The notes under the pieces are model-generated. The model was not told the origin of the DNA and ran no database searches. It was given only the letters and a program-made list of their open reading frames with translations. Positions 44,532 to 53,888 of a stretch of 64,000 nt of DNA are shown piece by piece. Each line of letters starts with the position of its first letter. The stretch's first letter is position 1. The stretch is from an uncultured Candidatus Saccharibacteria bacterium (GTDB lineage: Bacteria; Patescibacteriota; Doudnabacteria; UBA920). The position numbers and the translations under genes were made by a program. The stretch spans positions 6,168-70,167 of the forward strand of contig CAYZEI010000003.1 in assembly GCA_964477745.1 (NCBI GenBank). Direction: 5' to 3'.

Positions 44532-45593
44532 TTATTTTAATTCTGTTGGGGTTAAGTTTAAATTAATTTTTTGATTTTTTCTGGAGATCTTAACCGCAAT
44601 TTTTTCTCCAGGTTTGTATTGTTGCAAAATTTCTTCCGGGGCCATATCGGCATTTACCTGCCTGTCATTGATTTGGGTAACAACATCGCCAGTCAATAAC
44701 CCGGCGTTATGTGCCGATGATTGGGACTGAACATCTTTAATTAACAACCCTTCTGCTGTTCCGGTGAGCTTACTTTCCGAAGCGGAAATAACCGCATAAG
44801 TAAAACCGTAAGCCGGTCTGGAAATTTTATTTGAATTATTCAAATATAATGAGATTGACTGCTTTAAAGAATCGGATGGTACCAACCACTCCCCATTATA
44901 AATTCCCACCACTTCCCCGCCGGTATTTACCGCACACTCCCCGCTAACTAACGGCCCGGGCAAATCGGCAATAAATCCCCGCTTTAAATAATCACTGGGG
45001 AAAGTTACCCCGGCCACATCATCTTGAGCAGAATTTACAGTTGCCAAATATGCTTTGCTAAAAAATTTCTGAACTGATTTTCTGACAAACACCACTTTGT
45101 CTCCTGCGGACAGATTTTTTGAACTCCCAAAATTTGCTGTTGGCACATTGTCGATAACCGCTTTAAAATAAGTCAACGATACGGATAAATCTTTTTGTTG
45201 AGAAGTAATTTTGGCAGAACGTCCGTCATTTAAAAGGATGTAAAATTCTCCGGTGGATTTACCAAAAGTTTCGCTTCCGGTAACAAAATCTCCGTTGCTG
45301 GTTAAATTTATTGCACTTCCCAAAACCTGCACAACTCCCTGATTGACCAAAACCACCGCGCTGGTTTTTGAACGAATACCGGCAACTGCCAAAGTTACAT
45401 CACCGCTATCACTGACTCTTATGGTTTCTTTATTATTTATAACAATCGGGGCTTGGGGACTTAAAAATTGCATGCGATTTAACAATGGCCAAGTTGAAAG
45501 CTTGGCGGTTAAAAATCTCCCGGCTACAAGATTAAATGCCCAGCCGATCAGTACACAAACAAGTATTAACAAAGCAATCTTTTTTTTGTTCAT
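44532..45593 (-). CDS. HtrA-like (trypsin-fold plus C-terminal PDZ) protein with apparently degenerate catalytic triad
   Basis: PDZ domain: LLIKDVQSQSSAHNAGLLTGDVVTQINDRQVN. Where HtrA has GNSGGPL this protein has ADLPGPLVSGE, and no His is seen at the expected N-terminal position. Confidence 0.5.
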   Translation of the reverse strand: MNKKKIALLILVCVLIGWAFNLVAGRFLTAKLSTWPLLNRMQFLSPQAPIVINNKETIRVSDSGDVTLAVAGIRSKTSAVVLVNQGVVQVLGSAINLTSNGDFVTGSETFGKSTGEFYILLNDGRSAKITSQQKDLSVSLTYFKAVIDNVPTANFGSSKNLSAGDKVVFVRKSVQKFFSKAYLATVNSAQDDVAGVTFPSDYLKRGFIADLPGPLVSGECAVNTGGEVVGIYNGEWLVPSDSLKQSISLYLNNSNKISRPAYGFTYAVISASESKLTGTAEGLLIKDVQSQSSAHNAGLLTGDVVTQINDRQVNADMAPEEILQQYKPGEKIAVKISRKNQKINLNLTPTELK

Positions 45594-45626
45594 TTGATTA
45601 TCGTTATCATTATTATTCTAGTTAAC

Positions 45627-46370
45627 TTACTGAATTATATTCCATGGCGTAAACAATAAAACCACGGCGCTACAAGTCAATATCAACAAAACGTGAAATT
45701 GAATTTTTTTAAGATTTAAATTATGAAACTGAAAGTAATAATTTAAAATCAAACATAAATAGAATATATTAAACAAAAATATTCCCTGAACACTGAAATG
45801 AAACGGCAAAAAATTTAACGCCCAAAATATTTCACTACAAAATAAACCCAGGACCACAGAGCCCACTAGTTTAGAATTTCCGGTTTGCGGGATCAATTCA
45901 TAAAATGATCTGGATAAAATTGCAGAACTGATAAAAATCCCCACAGCGTATAGGGCACTAAAAACCGGGATGTATTGATAGAAAGCCGAAAAAGACAAAA
46001 ATAACCCGAAAGCAATTATTAACACTTCGTTTAATAAAATATTTTCACCCTCTTTCCCCAGCATAACTTCTCCTAGTGAAATGAGTCCGACTGTGACAAT
46101 TAAATACATCCCTCTAAAACCAGCAGTCGGAATAATTAAAAATAATCCGAAGGCGGCCGCCAAAAGCAACATAAACCGCAAATTTATCCATATGCTGTAC
46201 TTTTGAATCTGTTTTAAATACCAACGGTTATAAAAAAAGACAGCTGAAGCATAAATCAAAAAAGCCGGCAGTAGAAACCGAAAAATCGGCTGCGGCGTGG
46301 CGAATTTTTGTAGGACGATTAAAAAAACCAGTCCGATACAAAATGAAATTAATTTGTGTCTTTGGAGCAT
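45627..46370 (-). CDS. hypothetical polytopic membrane protein
   Basis: 247 aa with about 7 hydrophobic helices. Confidence 0.4.
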   Translation of the reverse strand: MLQRHKLISFCIGLVFLIVLQKFATPQPIFRFLLPAFLIYASAVFFYNRWYLKQIQKYSIWINLRFMLLLAAAFGLFLIIPTAGFRGMYLIVTVGLISLGEVMLGKEGENILLNEVLIIAFGLFLSFSAFYQYIPVFSALYAVGIFISSAILSRSFYELIPQTGNSKLVGSVVLGLFCSEIFWALNFLPFHFSVQGIFLFNIFYLCLILNYYFQFHNLNLKKIQFHVLLILTCSAVVLLFTPWNIIQ

Positions 46371-47251
46371 TTATAGTTTAAGGCAAAAAGTCCACCGGTG
46401 GCTAATAGAACTAAGGCCAAGCTAATGACGGCATTTAGTCTAAAAACCCCAATGAAAGTACTGTCAATTCTAAAAAACTCTAGGCAAAACCTTAAACTAT
46501 TATACAATAAAACGTAGGAAAAGAAAAGTGTTCCGGCTTTGATAAAAATGTGCGCTTTTGCCGTTTGGCCGGTCCAAAATCCGGTTAAATACAGAAGCAG
46601 GCTCAAAATTAAAATGTTCCCCAAAGCCTCATATAGAAAAAACGGGTGGAAATAGCTTGCAGTGGCAAAAATTTCCGGTCTGAATTGTCCCGGCACAAAC
46701 ATTTTCCATGGCAGATTTGTCGGATAACCAAAAGCTTCATAATTGAACAAATTACCAAACCGCCCAATGATTTGACCAAGAAGGAGAGAGGGGGTGAGCC
46801 AATCAAGTAGATTTAAGATGTAGGATTTAAGATGTAGGATTTTATCTGCAAAAAACCAAATTACAAAAAGGCCACCCAGGAGGGCGCCGTAGATTGATAG
46901 GCCACCGTTCCAAACTTTTAGAATTTCTATTGGGCTTTGAAAATAATACTGAAACGAGGAAAGTACGTGGTAAAACCTTGCGCCAATAAATCCGCCGACA
47001 ATTACCCAAAATAATAGATCTTCTGCGGAAGATCTCCCAATCCCAAAAGCACTTGCTCGTTTTATGGCTAAATAAAACCCCATCCCCACAGCCAACGCCA
47101 TAGTTAAACCATAGTAATGAATTTCAATCGGACCGATAATAAATACTTGGGGTAAAATTAAATACCCCAAAAAAACCCGACTTAAAAAATAAGCTAAGAC
47201 GGCTATAAATAATAAACCCATCAGATATTTATTTTTTGTAGCAAGTATCAT
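46349..47251 (-). CDS. lgt: prolipoprotein diacylglyceryl transferase
   Basis: Lgt signature GRFGNLFNYEAFGYPT and YHPFFLYEAL. ORF-track start 47281 (MMRRRH...) lies within a 14-nt tandem repeat, so Met-11 (47251) or Met-21 (47221) is the more likely start. It contains an in-frame tract at 46810-46845 (GATTTAAGATGTAG x2) encoding KILHLKSYILN. Confidence 0.85.
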   Translation of the reverse strand: MILATKNKYLMGLLFIAVLAYFLSRVFLGYLILPQVFIIGPIEIHYYGLTMALAVGMGFYLAIKRASAFGIGRSSAEDLLFWVIVGGFIGARFYHVLSSFQYYFQSPIEILKVWNGGLSIYGALLGGLFVIWFFADKILHLKSYILNLLDWLTPSLLLGQIIGRFGNLFNYEAFGYPTNLPWKMFVPGQFRPEIFATASYFHPFFLYEALGNILILSLLLYLTGFWTGQTAKAHIFIKAGTLFFSYVLLYNSLRFCLEFFRIDSTFIGVFRLNAVISLALVLLATGGLFALNYKCSKDTN

Positions 47252-47303
47252 GTAGCAAGTATCATGCCTTCTGCGCATCATACTTACTACTTACTACTTA
47301 CTA

Positions 47304-47882
47304 CTAGAAAAGTGGCGCCTGATGCATTACCCCACTGCGGGGAACGGCATCAACAAATTTAAGGGCTATCTCTTTGGTCTTAAAAAAATCTTTATACAAT
47401 AACTTGCCGTTATTTAAGGCATAGTCGTAAACCTGTTTTGTTATTTTTACGTCATCTAAACAATATTTTTTTAACAAATCAAGCCTGCCATTTTTGTAGT
47501 ACAAAATCGCTTCCAAGCCATTACCGGACTTTCCGGTTCCCAATGTCCCTTGGGCTACCAGTTCCAGCTTAATTCTATGACCAATAACTTTTTCAATTTC
47601 TTCCAGAATGTCCAAGTAAGGAATTTGAAAAATATCAAAATTTAAATACGGGCGCAATACCTCAAAGTCAAAATCTTTTATATTAAACCCGATAATCTGA
47701 TCGGCAGTTTGTAATATTGGCGCCAACTTTGGCAGTTCGTGTTCTTCAAATGTGGAATACCTGTCGGTGGAGTAATCGTAAATTCCACAAACGGAAATTT
47801 TCAGTAAATGATTTTTGCCCCGTCCGCCAACTTCCTGAAATGATTTCTGAGTTTCAAGGTCCAAAACAATTTTTTTAAGCAT
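47304..47882 (-). CDS. DEDD-type 3'-5' exonuclease-like protein
   Basis: IVLDLET (Exo I-like D-x-E), GFNIKDFD (Exo II-like) and YCLDDVKITKQVY (Y-x3-D Exo III-like). 192 aa. Confidence 0.45.
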   Translation of the reverse strand: MLKKIVLDLETQKSFQEVGGRGKNHLLKISVCGIYDYSTDRYSTFEEHELPKLAPILQTADQIIGFNIKDFDFEVLRPYLNFDIFQIPYLDILEEIEKVIGHRIKLELVAQGTLGTGKSGNGLEAILYYKNGRLDLLKKYCLDDVKITKQVYDYALNNGKLLYKDFFKTKEIALKFVDAVPRSGVMHQAPLF

Positions 47883-48060
47883 ACAGCCCTCCGGTTCCGT
47901 AAGCCATTCGATAAAAAAACAAGTCCGCCGTAGCCTTGGCGAAGGCTGGATGAGTTTCTAAGTCCAATACTATCTTCTTTAGCATTTTTATTTTTCCTAT
48001 TATAAATTACTTCGTTAGTATAAAAAATATTTTACTATTACACAAATTCTAAAAGAAAAA

Positions 48061-48720
48061 GCTCACCATATCCACTTAGGTGAGCCGCGACTATGAGGAG
48101 GAGTAAAAGAGTCACTTGGTGCAAAGCGTGCACCCATTTGCCCTGTATTTGTGAGTGGAGGGCTAATATAATTGCTCCCGGGCGAAACCGCCCGGGTCCC
48201 TGGGCTCCTTTTAGTTGTGAAATAACCCACCCTGTGGCGGGTTAGCGAAATTTGCGGTATATACAGACCGCAAACTCACTATAATTAAGAATATCTTATT
48301 TTGATTAAATGCACAAAGAATAAAAAAAGTCTTGCTTGTCCATTTCAAACAAGACCCGGAGAACCAAAGCTCTGGCTCGCTTGTGGTTTCATTTTCTGCC
48401 TGTTAAAGACGGGCCTTTAACAATGGAAGGCAAAAGTGTTTCTTTACCGGTATATGCGCGCAAAGCGAGCATATATAAGCCTGTCGTAAACGCAAAGGCT
48501 TATGCCGCTAATAAGAGTCCCTGCCAGTCAGGACACTGTCGGCAACCGGGGCGCTTTCGCGCGTGAGTTCTTCGGCCCCAAAACTTCTGGGGCGAGCGGC
48601 GGTTAAAAACCGCATAGTGGTTTGTTGAGTTGCTTCAGTATCTTGACTCTTTATGCGCCTCCTTAGGGGGTCAAAGCCAACAGCATCGGGCAGTCTAGCC
48701 CTGTGCAAGTACGGCCATAA
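48061..48720. ncRNA. candidate large structured ncRNA (identity unknown): GC-rich, hairpin-dense, non-coding
   Basis: No ORF over 76 aa. At least 9 stable hairpins, e.g. GCTCACC...GGTGAGC 48061-85, CCCGGGCG-aaac-CGCCCGGG 48178-98, TTGCGGT-atataca-GACCGCAA 48252-74, GTCTTG...CAAGAC 48329-55 and GCCCCA-aaacttc-TGGGGC 48571-90. On the minus strand the 48061-85 hairpin is followed by TTTTT, making it terminator-like. Confidence 0.3.
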
Positions 48721-48761
48721 ATAAACTACTCTTGTACACGCAAAAAGTCAACAAATATTTT

Positions 48762-48790
48762 TTGCCAAAATCGCGATTTTAGGGTAAAAT
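48762..48790 (+). promoter_or_regulatory. sigma70-like promoter upstream of aspS
   Basis: TTGCCA, 17-nt spacer, TAAAAT. Confidence 0.45.
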
Positions 48791-48846
48791 ATATTATGAA
48801 TTATTAATGCTGTGCCGACTGTCTATCGGTTACAGCCAAAGATATT

Positions 48847-50631
48847 ATGCAACGAACACTATCCTTACACACCACCGAAATGGTGGGAAGCGACGTTTCT
48901 GTTTCCGGCTGGGTGAATTCCCGCCGTGACCACGGAGGCGTTATTTTTATTGACTTAAGGGATCACACCGGATTGGTACAACTAACTGTCCACCCGGAGG
49001 CCAAAGAGGCTTTTGAAACCGCCAACATTTGCCGGGATGAATTTGTAATTACCGCGGTCGGCAAAGTAATTGAACGCGCCTCGGATTTAGTAAACAAAAA
49101 TATCCCAACCGGTACAATTGAAATAATTGTTTCTAAACTCACGGTTTTAAACACAGCCAAAGCCTTACCTTTTCAAGTGGCTCATGGGCATGGTGAAGAA
49201 ACCTTATCTAACGAGGATTTAAGACTTAAATACCGCTTTTTGGATTTGCGCCGCGAAAAAATGCAACGCATGCTGATCCGCCGTCATAAAATGATTAAAA
49301 ATATTCGCGACTGGATGGACAGTAAAGGATTCATTGAAATCTCCACTCCAATCTTAACTTCTTCTTCCCCGGAAGGCGCGCGCGACTTTTTAGTCCCCTC
49401 CCGATTGCATCCGGGAAAATTCTACGCCCTCCCACAAGCCCCTCAACAATTTAAGCAGTTGCTCATGACCGGCGGAGTGCCGAAATATTTTCAAATTGCC
49501 CCGTGTTTTCGTGATGAAGACCCGCGCGCGGACAGAAGTCCCGGAGAATTTTATCAGTTAGACTTGGAAATCGCGTTTGCGGATATTGATGAAGTGGTAT
49601 TCCAAGAGATGGAGCCGTTATTTGTGGAGCTGACGGAAAATTTTGCCGGCAAAAAATGTTTACAAAAACCTTTTCCCCGTCTCCCCTATTTGGAAGCAAT
49701 GGAAACTTATGGCTCCGATAGACCGGACTTGCGTTTTGATATGAAAATGGTGAATCTTACCGAAGATCTACGCGCCACGCAATTTTCCGTGTTTGGTAAT
49801 GCCATAAAAAACGGTGGCATTATAAAAGCTATTTGTTGTGCGGATGGCGCAAAGCTGACCCGTTCTCAAATTGACGAACTTACCGAAATGGTTAAAAAAG
49901 AAGGCGCGGGCGGTTTGGCATATATTATTATGGCTGAAGATGGAATTAAATCCCCAATTTTAAAATTCCTTTCGGAAGAAGAAAAGCAATCCATTGTTAC
50001 CAAAACCAAAGCCCAAACCGGTGACATAATTTTCTTTGGTGCTGACCATAAAGATGTGGTCAATAAAGTTTTAGGCAAACTCCGCGACAAACTCGGCGAT
50101 GTGTTTGGTTTAAAAGATCCGTCCATAGTCGCTTGGGCGTGGATTACCGATTTCCCAATGTACGAGTTAAACAAAGAAGGCAAATTGGATTTTATGCACA
50201 ATCCTTTTTCCATGCCTCAAGGCGGACTAAAAGCTTTAAACGAACAAGACCCATTAACCATTCGTGCTTACCAATACGATATTATTGCCAATGGTCTGGA
50301 GCTTTCCAGTGGAGCCATTCGTAACTACAACCCGGAAATAATGTACAAAGCTTTTGAGCTGGTTGGTTATAGCAAAGAAACTGTGGATGAAAAATTTGGC
50401 GCCATGATTCGCGCTTTTGAGTTCGGTGCTCCACCACACGGCGGTTTTGCCCCAGGAATAGACCGGATGTTAATGCTACTTGAAAACGAACCCAACATTC
50501 GCGAAGTTATTGCCTTCCCGAAAAACGGCTCAGCCGAAGACGTCATGATGGGCGCCCCCGGAACTGTTGAAGAAAAACAGCTTAAGGAACTCCATATTAA
50601 ATTGGATTTACCAAAATTAAAAGATAAATAA
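48847..50631 (+). CDS. aspS: aspartate--tRNA ligase
   Basis: 594 aa. Class II motifs [16 protein letters not shown] and [14 protein letters not shown]...[22 protein letters not shown]. Confidence 0.92.
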   Translation: MQRTLSLHTTEMVGSDVSVSGWVNSRRDHGGVIFIDLRDHTGLVQLTVHPEAKEAFETANICRDEFVITAVGKVIERASDLVNKNIPTGTIEIIVSKLTVLNTAKALPFQVAHGHGEETLSNEDLRLKYRFLDLRREKMQRMLIRRHKMIKNIRDWMDSKGFIEISTPILTSSSPEGARDFLVPSRLHPGKFYALPQAPQQFKQLLMTGGVPKYFQIAPCFRDEDPRADRSPGEFYQLDLEIAFADIDEVVFQEMEPLFVELTENFAGKKCLQKPFPRLPYLEAMETYGSDRPDLRFDMKMVNLTEDLRATQFSVFGNAIKNGGIIKAICCADGAKLTRSQIDELTEMVKKEGAGGLAYIIMAEDGIKSPILKFLSEEEKQSIVTKTKAQTGDIIFFGADHKDVVNKVLGKLRDKLGDVFGLKDPSIVAWAWITDFPMYELNKEGKLDFMHNPFSMPQGGLKALNEQDPLTIRAYQYDIIANGLELSSGAIRNYNPEIMYKAFELVGYSKETVDEKFGAMIRAFEFGAPPHGGFAPGIDRMLMLLENEPNIREVIAFPKNGSAEDVMMGAPGTVEEKQLKELHIKLDLPKLKDK

Positions 50632-50636
50632 TCTTT

Positions 50637-51176
50637 ATGCCCAAGAAAAAAATATCCAAACCCAAAAAAAAGAAAGTTGTTAAACAAATAGTTCAAAAAC
50701 AAATAAAGCAACTGTCCAATTCCATAACTAAACTGCTTGATACAGCCAAGATTAAATACAAAACCCTTGAACACAAGGTGGTTTTTACAGCGCATGATGT
50801 TAGCGCGACCACTAAAAAGAAACTGGGCGAAATTGCCAAGGTGGTTTTGGTTAAGGCGGACAAAGATTTTGTACTTATAGTTCTCCCCGCGGGTAAATAT
50901 GTAGACTTTAATGGAATTAAAAAAGCTTTAAAGGCTAAAAAGGTTTCTATGGCAAGTGAAAAAGATATTACTAAATATTTAAAAACCAAAGTTGGTCTCT
51001 TGCACCCCTTCGGCTCGGAGTACAATTTAAAAACTCTATTGGACAAAAACTTATCCCGCGCAAAAAAAATGATAGCTTCAGCCGGCACTTACACCCACAG
51101 CATTGAATTGTCCTTAAAGGATTTTGAAAAACTAACACAACCGATTAAAGGCGCTTTCGCCAAAGCCAAAAGATAA
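50637..51176 (+). CDS. YbaK/ProX-family aminoacyl-tRNA deacylase-like protein with Lys-rich N-terminus
   Basis: KTLEHKVVFTAHDV...KVVLVKADKDFVLIVLPAGKYVDFNGIKKAL...KVGLLHPFG resembles YbaK/EbsC trans-editing domains. Confidence 0.55.
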   Translation: MPKKKISKPKKKKVVKQIVQKQIKQLSNSITKLLDTAKIKYKTLEHKVVFTAHDVSATTKKKLGEIAKVVLVKADKDFVLIVLPAGKYVDFNGIKKALKAKKVSMASEKDITKYLKTKVGLLHPFGSEYNLKTLLDKNLSRAKKMIASAGTYTHSIELSLKDFEKLTQPIKGAFAKAKR

Positions 51177-51178
51177 AA

Positions 51179-51925
51179 ATGGATAAAGTAAAAATTGCAC
51201 AATTCGAAGGCCCGTTGGATTTACTGCTGTCACTTATTGAACAGCGCCAGTTAGACATAACCACAATTGCTTTGGCGGAAGTCACTGAGCAGTTTTTGCA
51301 ATATATTAAACAATTACGATCTATTGACCCGACGGTATTGGCGGACTTTTTATCCATCGCCGCCAAACTTTTGGTCATTAAATCCAAAGCCATACTACCC
51401 ACTTTGGAATTGGAAGATGAGGAAGAAGATGCCGGTTTTGATTTGGAAGGAAAATTGCTCTTGTATAAGCAGTTTAAAGAAGTGGCAAAATATTTAAAGC
51501 ACTTGGACAACAAACGAAAGCAAAGCTTTACTCGCTCCATTTCTTTTGAGCAGAAAATTAGCTTTTATCCGGACCCGAATATTTCCACCCAAGTTTTACA
51601 TCAAAATATTTTAACTGTTTTAAACGGACTAAAAGAACTGGATGCCTTACCCAAAGCCAAACTTAAAGAAGCGGTATCTATTCAAGAAAAAATTGACCAC
51701 TTAAGAATTACTCTGGGAAATAAAATTGAAACTAAATTAAGCGATCTTTTAAAGACCGCAAAAAATAAAGGGGAAATAATTATTACTTTTTTGGCCCTGT
51801 TGGAATTAATCAAGCAAAGAATTTTTGTGGCGGACCAAGACGCGTTGTTTACCGAAGTGGTAATAAAAAAATATGATCCGAACGTATTAATAACAGTTAA
51901 TGATAACGAAAATTTAGCATCGTAA
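51179..51925 (+). CDS. scpA: segregation and condensation protein A
   Basis: MDKVKIAQFEGPLDLLLSLIEQRQLDITTIALAEVTEQFLQYI. Confidence 0.88.
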   Translation: MDKVKIAQFEGPLDLLLSLIEQRQLDITTIALAEVTEQFLQYIKQLRSIDPTVLADFLSIAAKLLVIKSKAILPTLELEDEEEDAGFDLEGKLLLYKQFKEVAKYLKHLDNKRKQSFTRSISFEQKISFYPDPNISTQVLHQNILTVLNGLKELDALPKAKLKEAVSIQEKIDHLRITLGNKIETKLSDLLKTAKNKGEIIITFLALLELIKQRIFVADQDALFTEVVIKKYDPNVLITVNDNENLAS

Positions 51926-51929
51926 ATTT

Positions 51930-52169
51930 ATGAGCAAAACTTTACTGGGATTATTATTTATTCTTGGGGGGGTCATGTACGGTTCCTTGGCCATAGATGA
52001 TATCTACAACAAAACCCTGGGCTGGCTGGTGGAAAATAAATGGGTTAAGCCTCCCACTGTGGGGAAAAAGGATATTACCAACATTCTTGGTCGCAAACCC
52101 ACAATTTTACTTTATAGTTTTGGATTAATAATTATTGGTTTATTTATTATATGGAACAGGAACAATTAA
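51930..52169 (+). CDS. hypothetical small membrane protein
   Basis: 79 aa with two hydrophobic segments. It overlaps the scpB start by 19 nt. Confidence 0.4.
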   Translation: MSKTLLGLLFILGGVMYGSLAIDDIYNKTLGWLVENKWVKPPTVGKKDITNILGRKPTILLYSFGLIIIGLFIIWNRNN

Positions 52170-52924
52170 CAAAAACTTTAGAAGCCGTCCTCTTTGTAGC
52201 GGCTAAACCTTTTAAAGCCAAGGAACTGGCAAAAATTTTAGAGTTGGATTTAAAAGAAATTCAAACCGCGCTCGATACTCTTTGTGAATTACGAAAAGAA
52301 TCCGGCATTGTGGTGCTAAACAACAATGGCGAATACCAATTGGCTACCAACAGCGCATTTTCAACGCAAGTCAAAAATTTCCTGAATGCGGAACTACGGG
52401 AAAAACTTACCGATGCCACAGTGGAAGTTTTGGCCATTATTGCCTATCGCCAGCCAATCTCAAAAGCGGAAATAGAAGCAATCCGGGGAGTCAACTCCCA
52501 GTACTCTTTACGCAATCTTTTAATGCGCGGACTTATTGAAAAAGTAAGTAACCCCTCTGATGCCAGAAGTTTCTTGTATCAAACCACTACGGAATTTTTG
52601 ATGCATCTTGGTCTAACCGGCGTTAACGAATTACCAGAATTTGAAAAACTGGTTGCCCAAATTAAACTTCCTGACACTCCGGCTATAACTAATAGTGCCG
52701 AACCTGATAAAGCCGAAGAACTAATAACACCACCAGATATTTCAGAGGAGCAACAAATAATCCAACCTGAACCAATTATTGAAACCCAAGAAACAACAAT
52801 AATTGAAACGCCAACGGAAACAATTATCGTTGCAGAAAATACCGAACAAGTCACTGAAACAGAAGACGACGATGAACCAGAAGAAGACGACGATGATGAG
52901 GATGAGGATGACGAAGAAGAATAA
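52151..52924 (+). CDS. scpB: segregation and condensation protein B with acidic C-terminal tail
   Basis: LEAVLFVAAKPFKAKELAKIL...VEVLAIIAYRQPISKAEIEAIRGVNS. C-terminus DDDEPEEDDDDEDEDDEEE. Confidence 0.85.
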   Translation: MEQEQLTKTLEAVLFVAAKPFKAKELAKILELDLKEIQTALDTLCELRKESGIVVLNNNGEYQLATNSAFSTQVKNFLNAELREKLTDATVEVLAIIAYRQPISKAEIEAIRGVNSQYSLRNLLMRGLIEKVSNPSDARSFLYQTTTEFLMHLGLTGVNELPEFEKLVAQIKLPDTPAITNSAEPDKAEELITPPDISEEQQIIQPEPIIETQETTIIETPTETIIVAENTEQVTETEDDDEPEEDDDDEDEDDEEE

Positions 52925-52935
52925 CTTTCAACATA

Positions 52936-52968
52936 AAGCCCGTTCCAATATCGGAACGGGCTTTCTCT
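52936..52968 (+). terminator. intrinsic terminator after scpB
   Basis: AAAGCCCGTTCC-aatat-CGGAACGGGCTTT followed by a T-rich run. Confidence 0.75.
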
Positions 52969-52974
52969 ATTTCT

Positions 52975-53097
52975 CTATTTCGGCAACTCTTCATACGACT
53001 CTTTGGGACTGGAAGGGATCTCTTGCTTTAAAACCACCTTACCGCACCCGGCGGCAACCAGACTCAATAAGGCAAAAATTAATATAATCTTTTTCAT
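52975..53097 (-). CDS. small lipoprotein (40 aa)
   Basis: Not in the ORF track. Hand translation: MKKIILIFALLSLVAAGCGKVVLKQEIPSSPKESYEELPK*, with lipobox LVAAGC. Confidence 0.4.
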   Translation of the reverse strand: MKKIILIFALLSLVAAGCGKVVLKQEIPSSPKESYEELPK

Positions 53098-53107
53098 ATT
53101 TTTTTGT

Positions 53108-53878
53108 TTATATAACCAGCAAAGCGGCACCGACAGCGCCGGCATTTTTTAATTTTGAAGCTACAATGTTAGACGGTTTAATTTTATAAGAGGCTAAATT
53201 TTTTGTGCAAATTTGTCTGGCTAAATTTAGAAAATTTCTTTGCTTTCCCAGAGTGACTCCCCCACCCAAAACAATTAATTGCGGATCTGCCAGCCTATAA
53301 ATATTGGTTAATAAAGCGCCGATAATTTTTGCCAATGTTTTGTTGTCGTTCTTGTCGCGGGCAGTTTTAAAAACTTTTTCAAAAGTATTTACACCGTCAT
53401 AAATCATATGTCCGACTTCTCCGGCACCAAAATTCGCTCCGCGATATAGCGCGTCATCACAAATAAATCCCCCACCAATACCGGTGCCTAAAGTTATACA
53501 AACAATATTTTGACACTTTTTCCCTTCACCGGCTTTATGTATAGCCTGAGCAAAACATCTGGCGTCATTTTCAATTTGAACTTTTCTAAAACCGTTCATT
53601 AAAAAAAGTTTTGCTAGCGGGAAATTTTTTATAAACTTTATATTTGGCGAATGTCTAACTATGCCTTGCTTACTGTCTATTAACCCGGCCATTCCAACCC
53701 CAATACCGGTAACTTTTTCACCGACCGATAAAAAATCTGTCAGTTTAAGCAGGTTCCGTTCAAATTCCAAAAGATTATCCGGCGTTTTAATTGCCAGCTC
53801 TTTGACAACTTTTTTGCCGTCAAAAAGCACCCCGCTTATTTTTGTCCCGCCAATATCCAAACCAATAACTTTGCGCAT
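53108..53878 (-). CDS. ROK-family sugar kinase (glucokinase-like)
   Basis: MRKVIGLDIGGTKISGVLFDG and a later CxCGxxGCxE-like zinc motif region (CITLGTGIGGGFICD). ORF start 53917; the internal Met at 53878 is preferred. Confidence 0.75.
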   Translation of the reverse strand: MRKVIGLDIGGTKISGVLFDGKKVVKELAIKTPDNLLEFERNLLKLTDFLSVGEKVTGIGVGMAGLIDSKQGIVRHSPNIKFIKNFPLAKLFLMNGFRKVQIENDARCFAQAIHKAGEGKKCQNIVCITLGTGIGGGFICDDALYRGANFGAGEVGHMIYDGVNTFEKVFKTARDKNDNKTLAKIIGALLTNIYRLADPQLIVLGGGVTLGKQRNFLNLARQICTKNLASYKIKPSNIVASKLKNAGAVGAALLVI

Positions 53879-53888
53879 ATATTTATAA

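Noticed and set aside
48061-48720. tmRNA (ssrA) as identity of the GC-rich structured region
   Set aside because: No tRNA-like T-arm (GGTTCGANTCC) or 3' CCA on either strand, and no tag reading frame ending in an ALAA-like peptide plus stop. The region is kept only as an unclassified ncRNA candidate.
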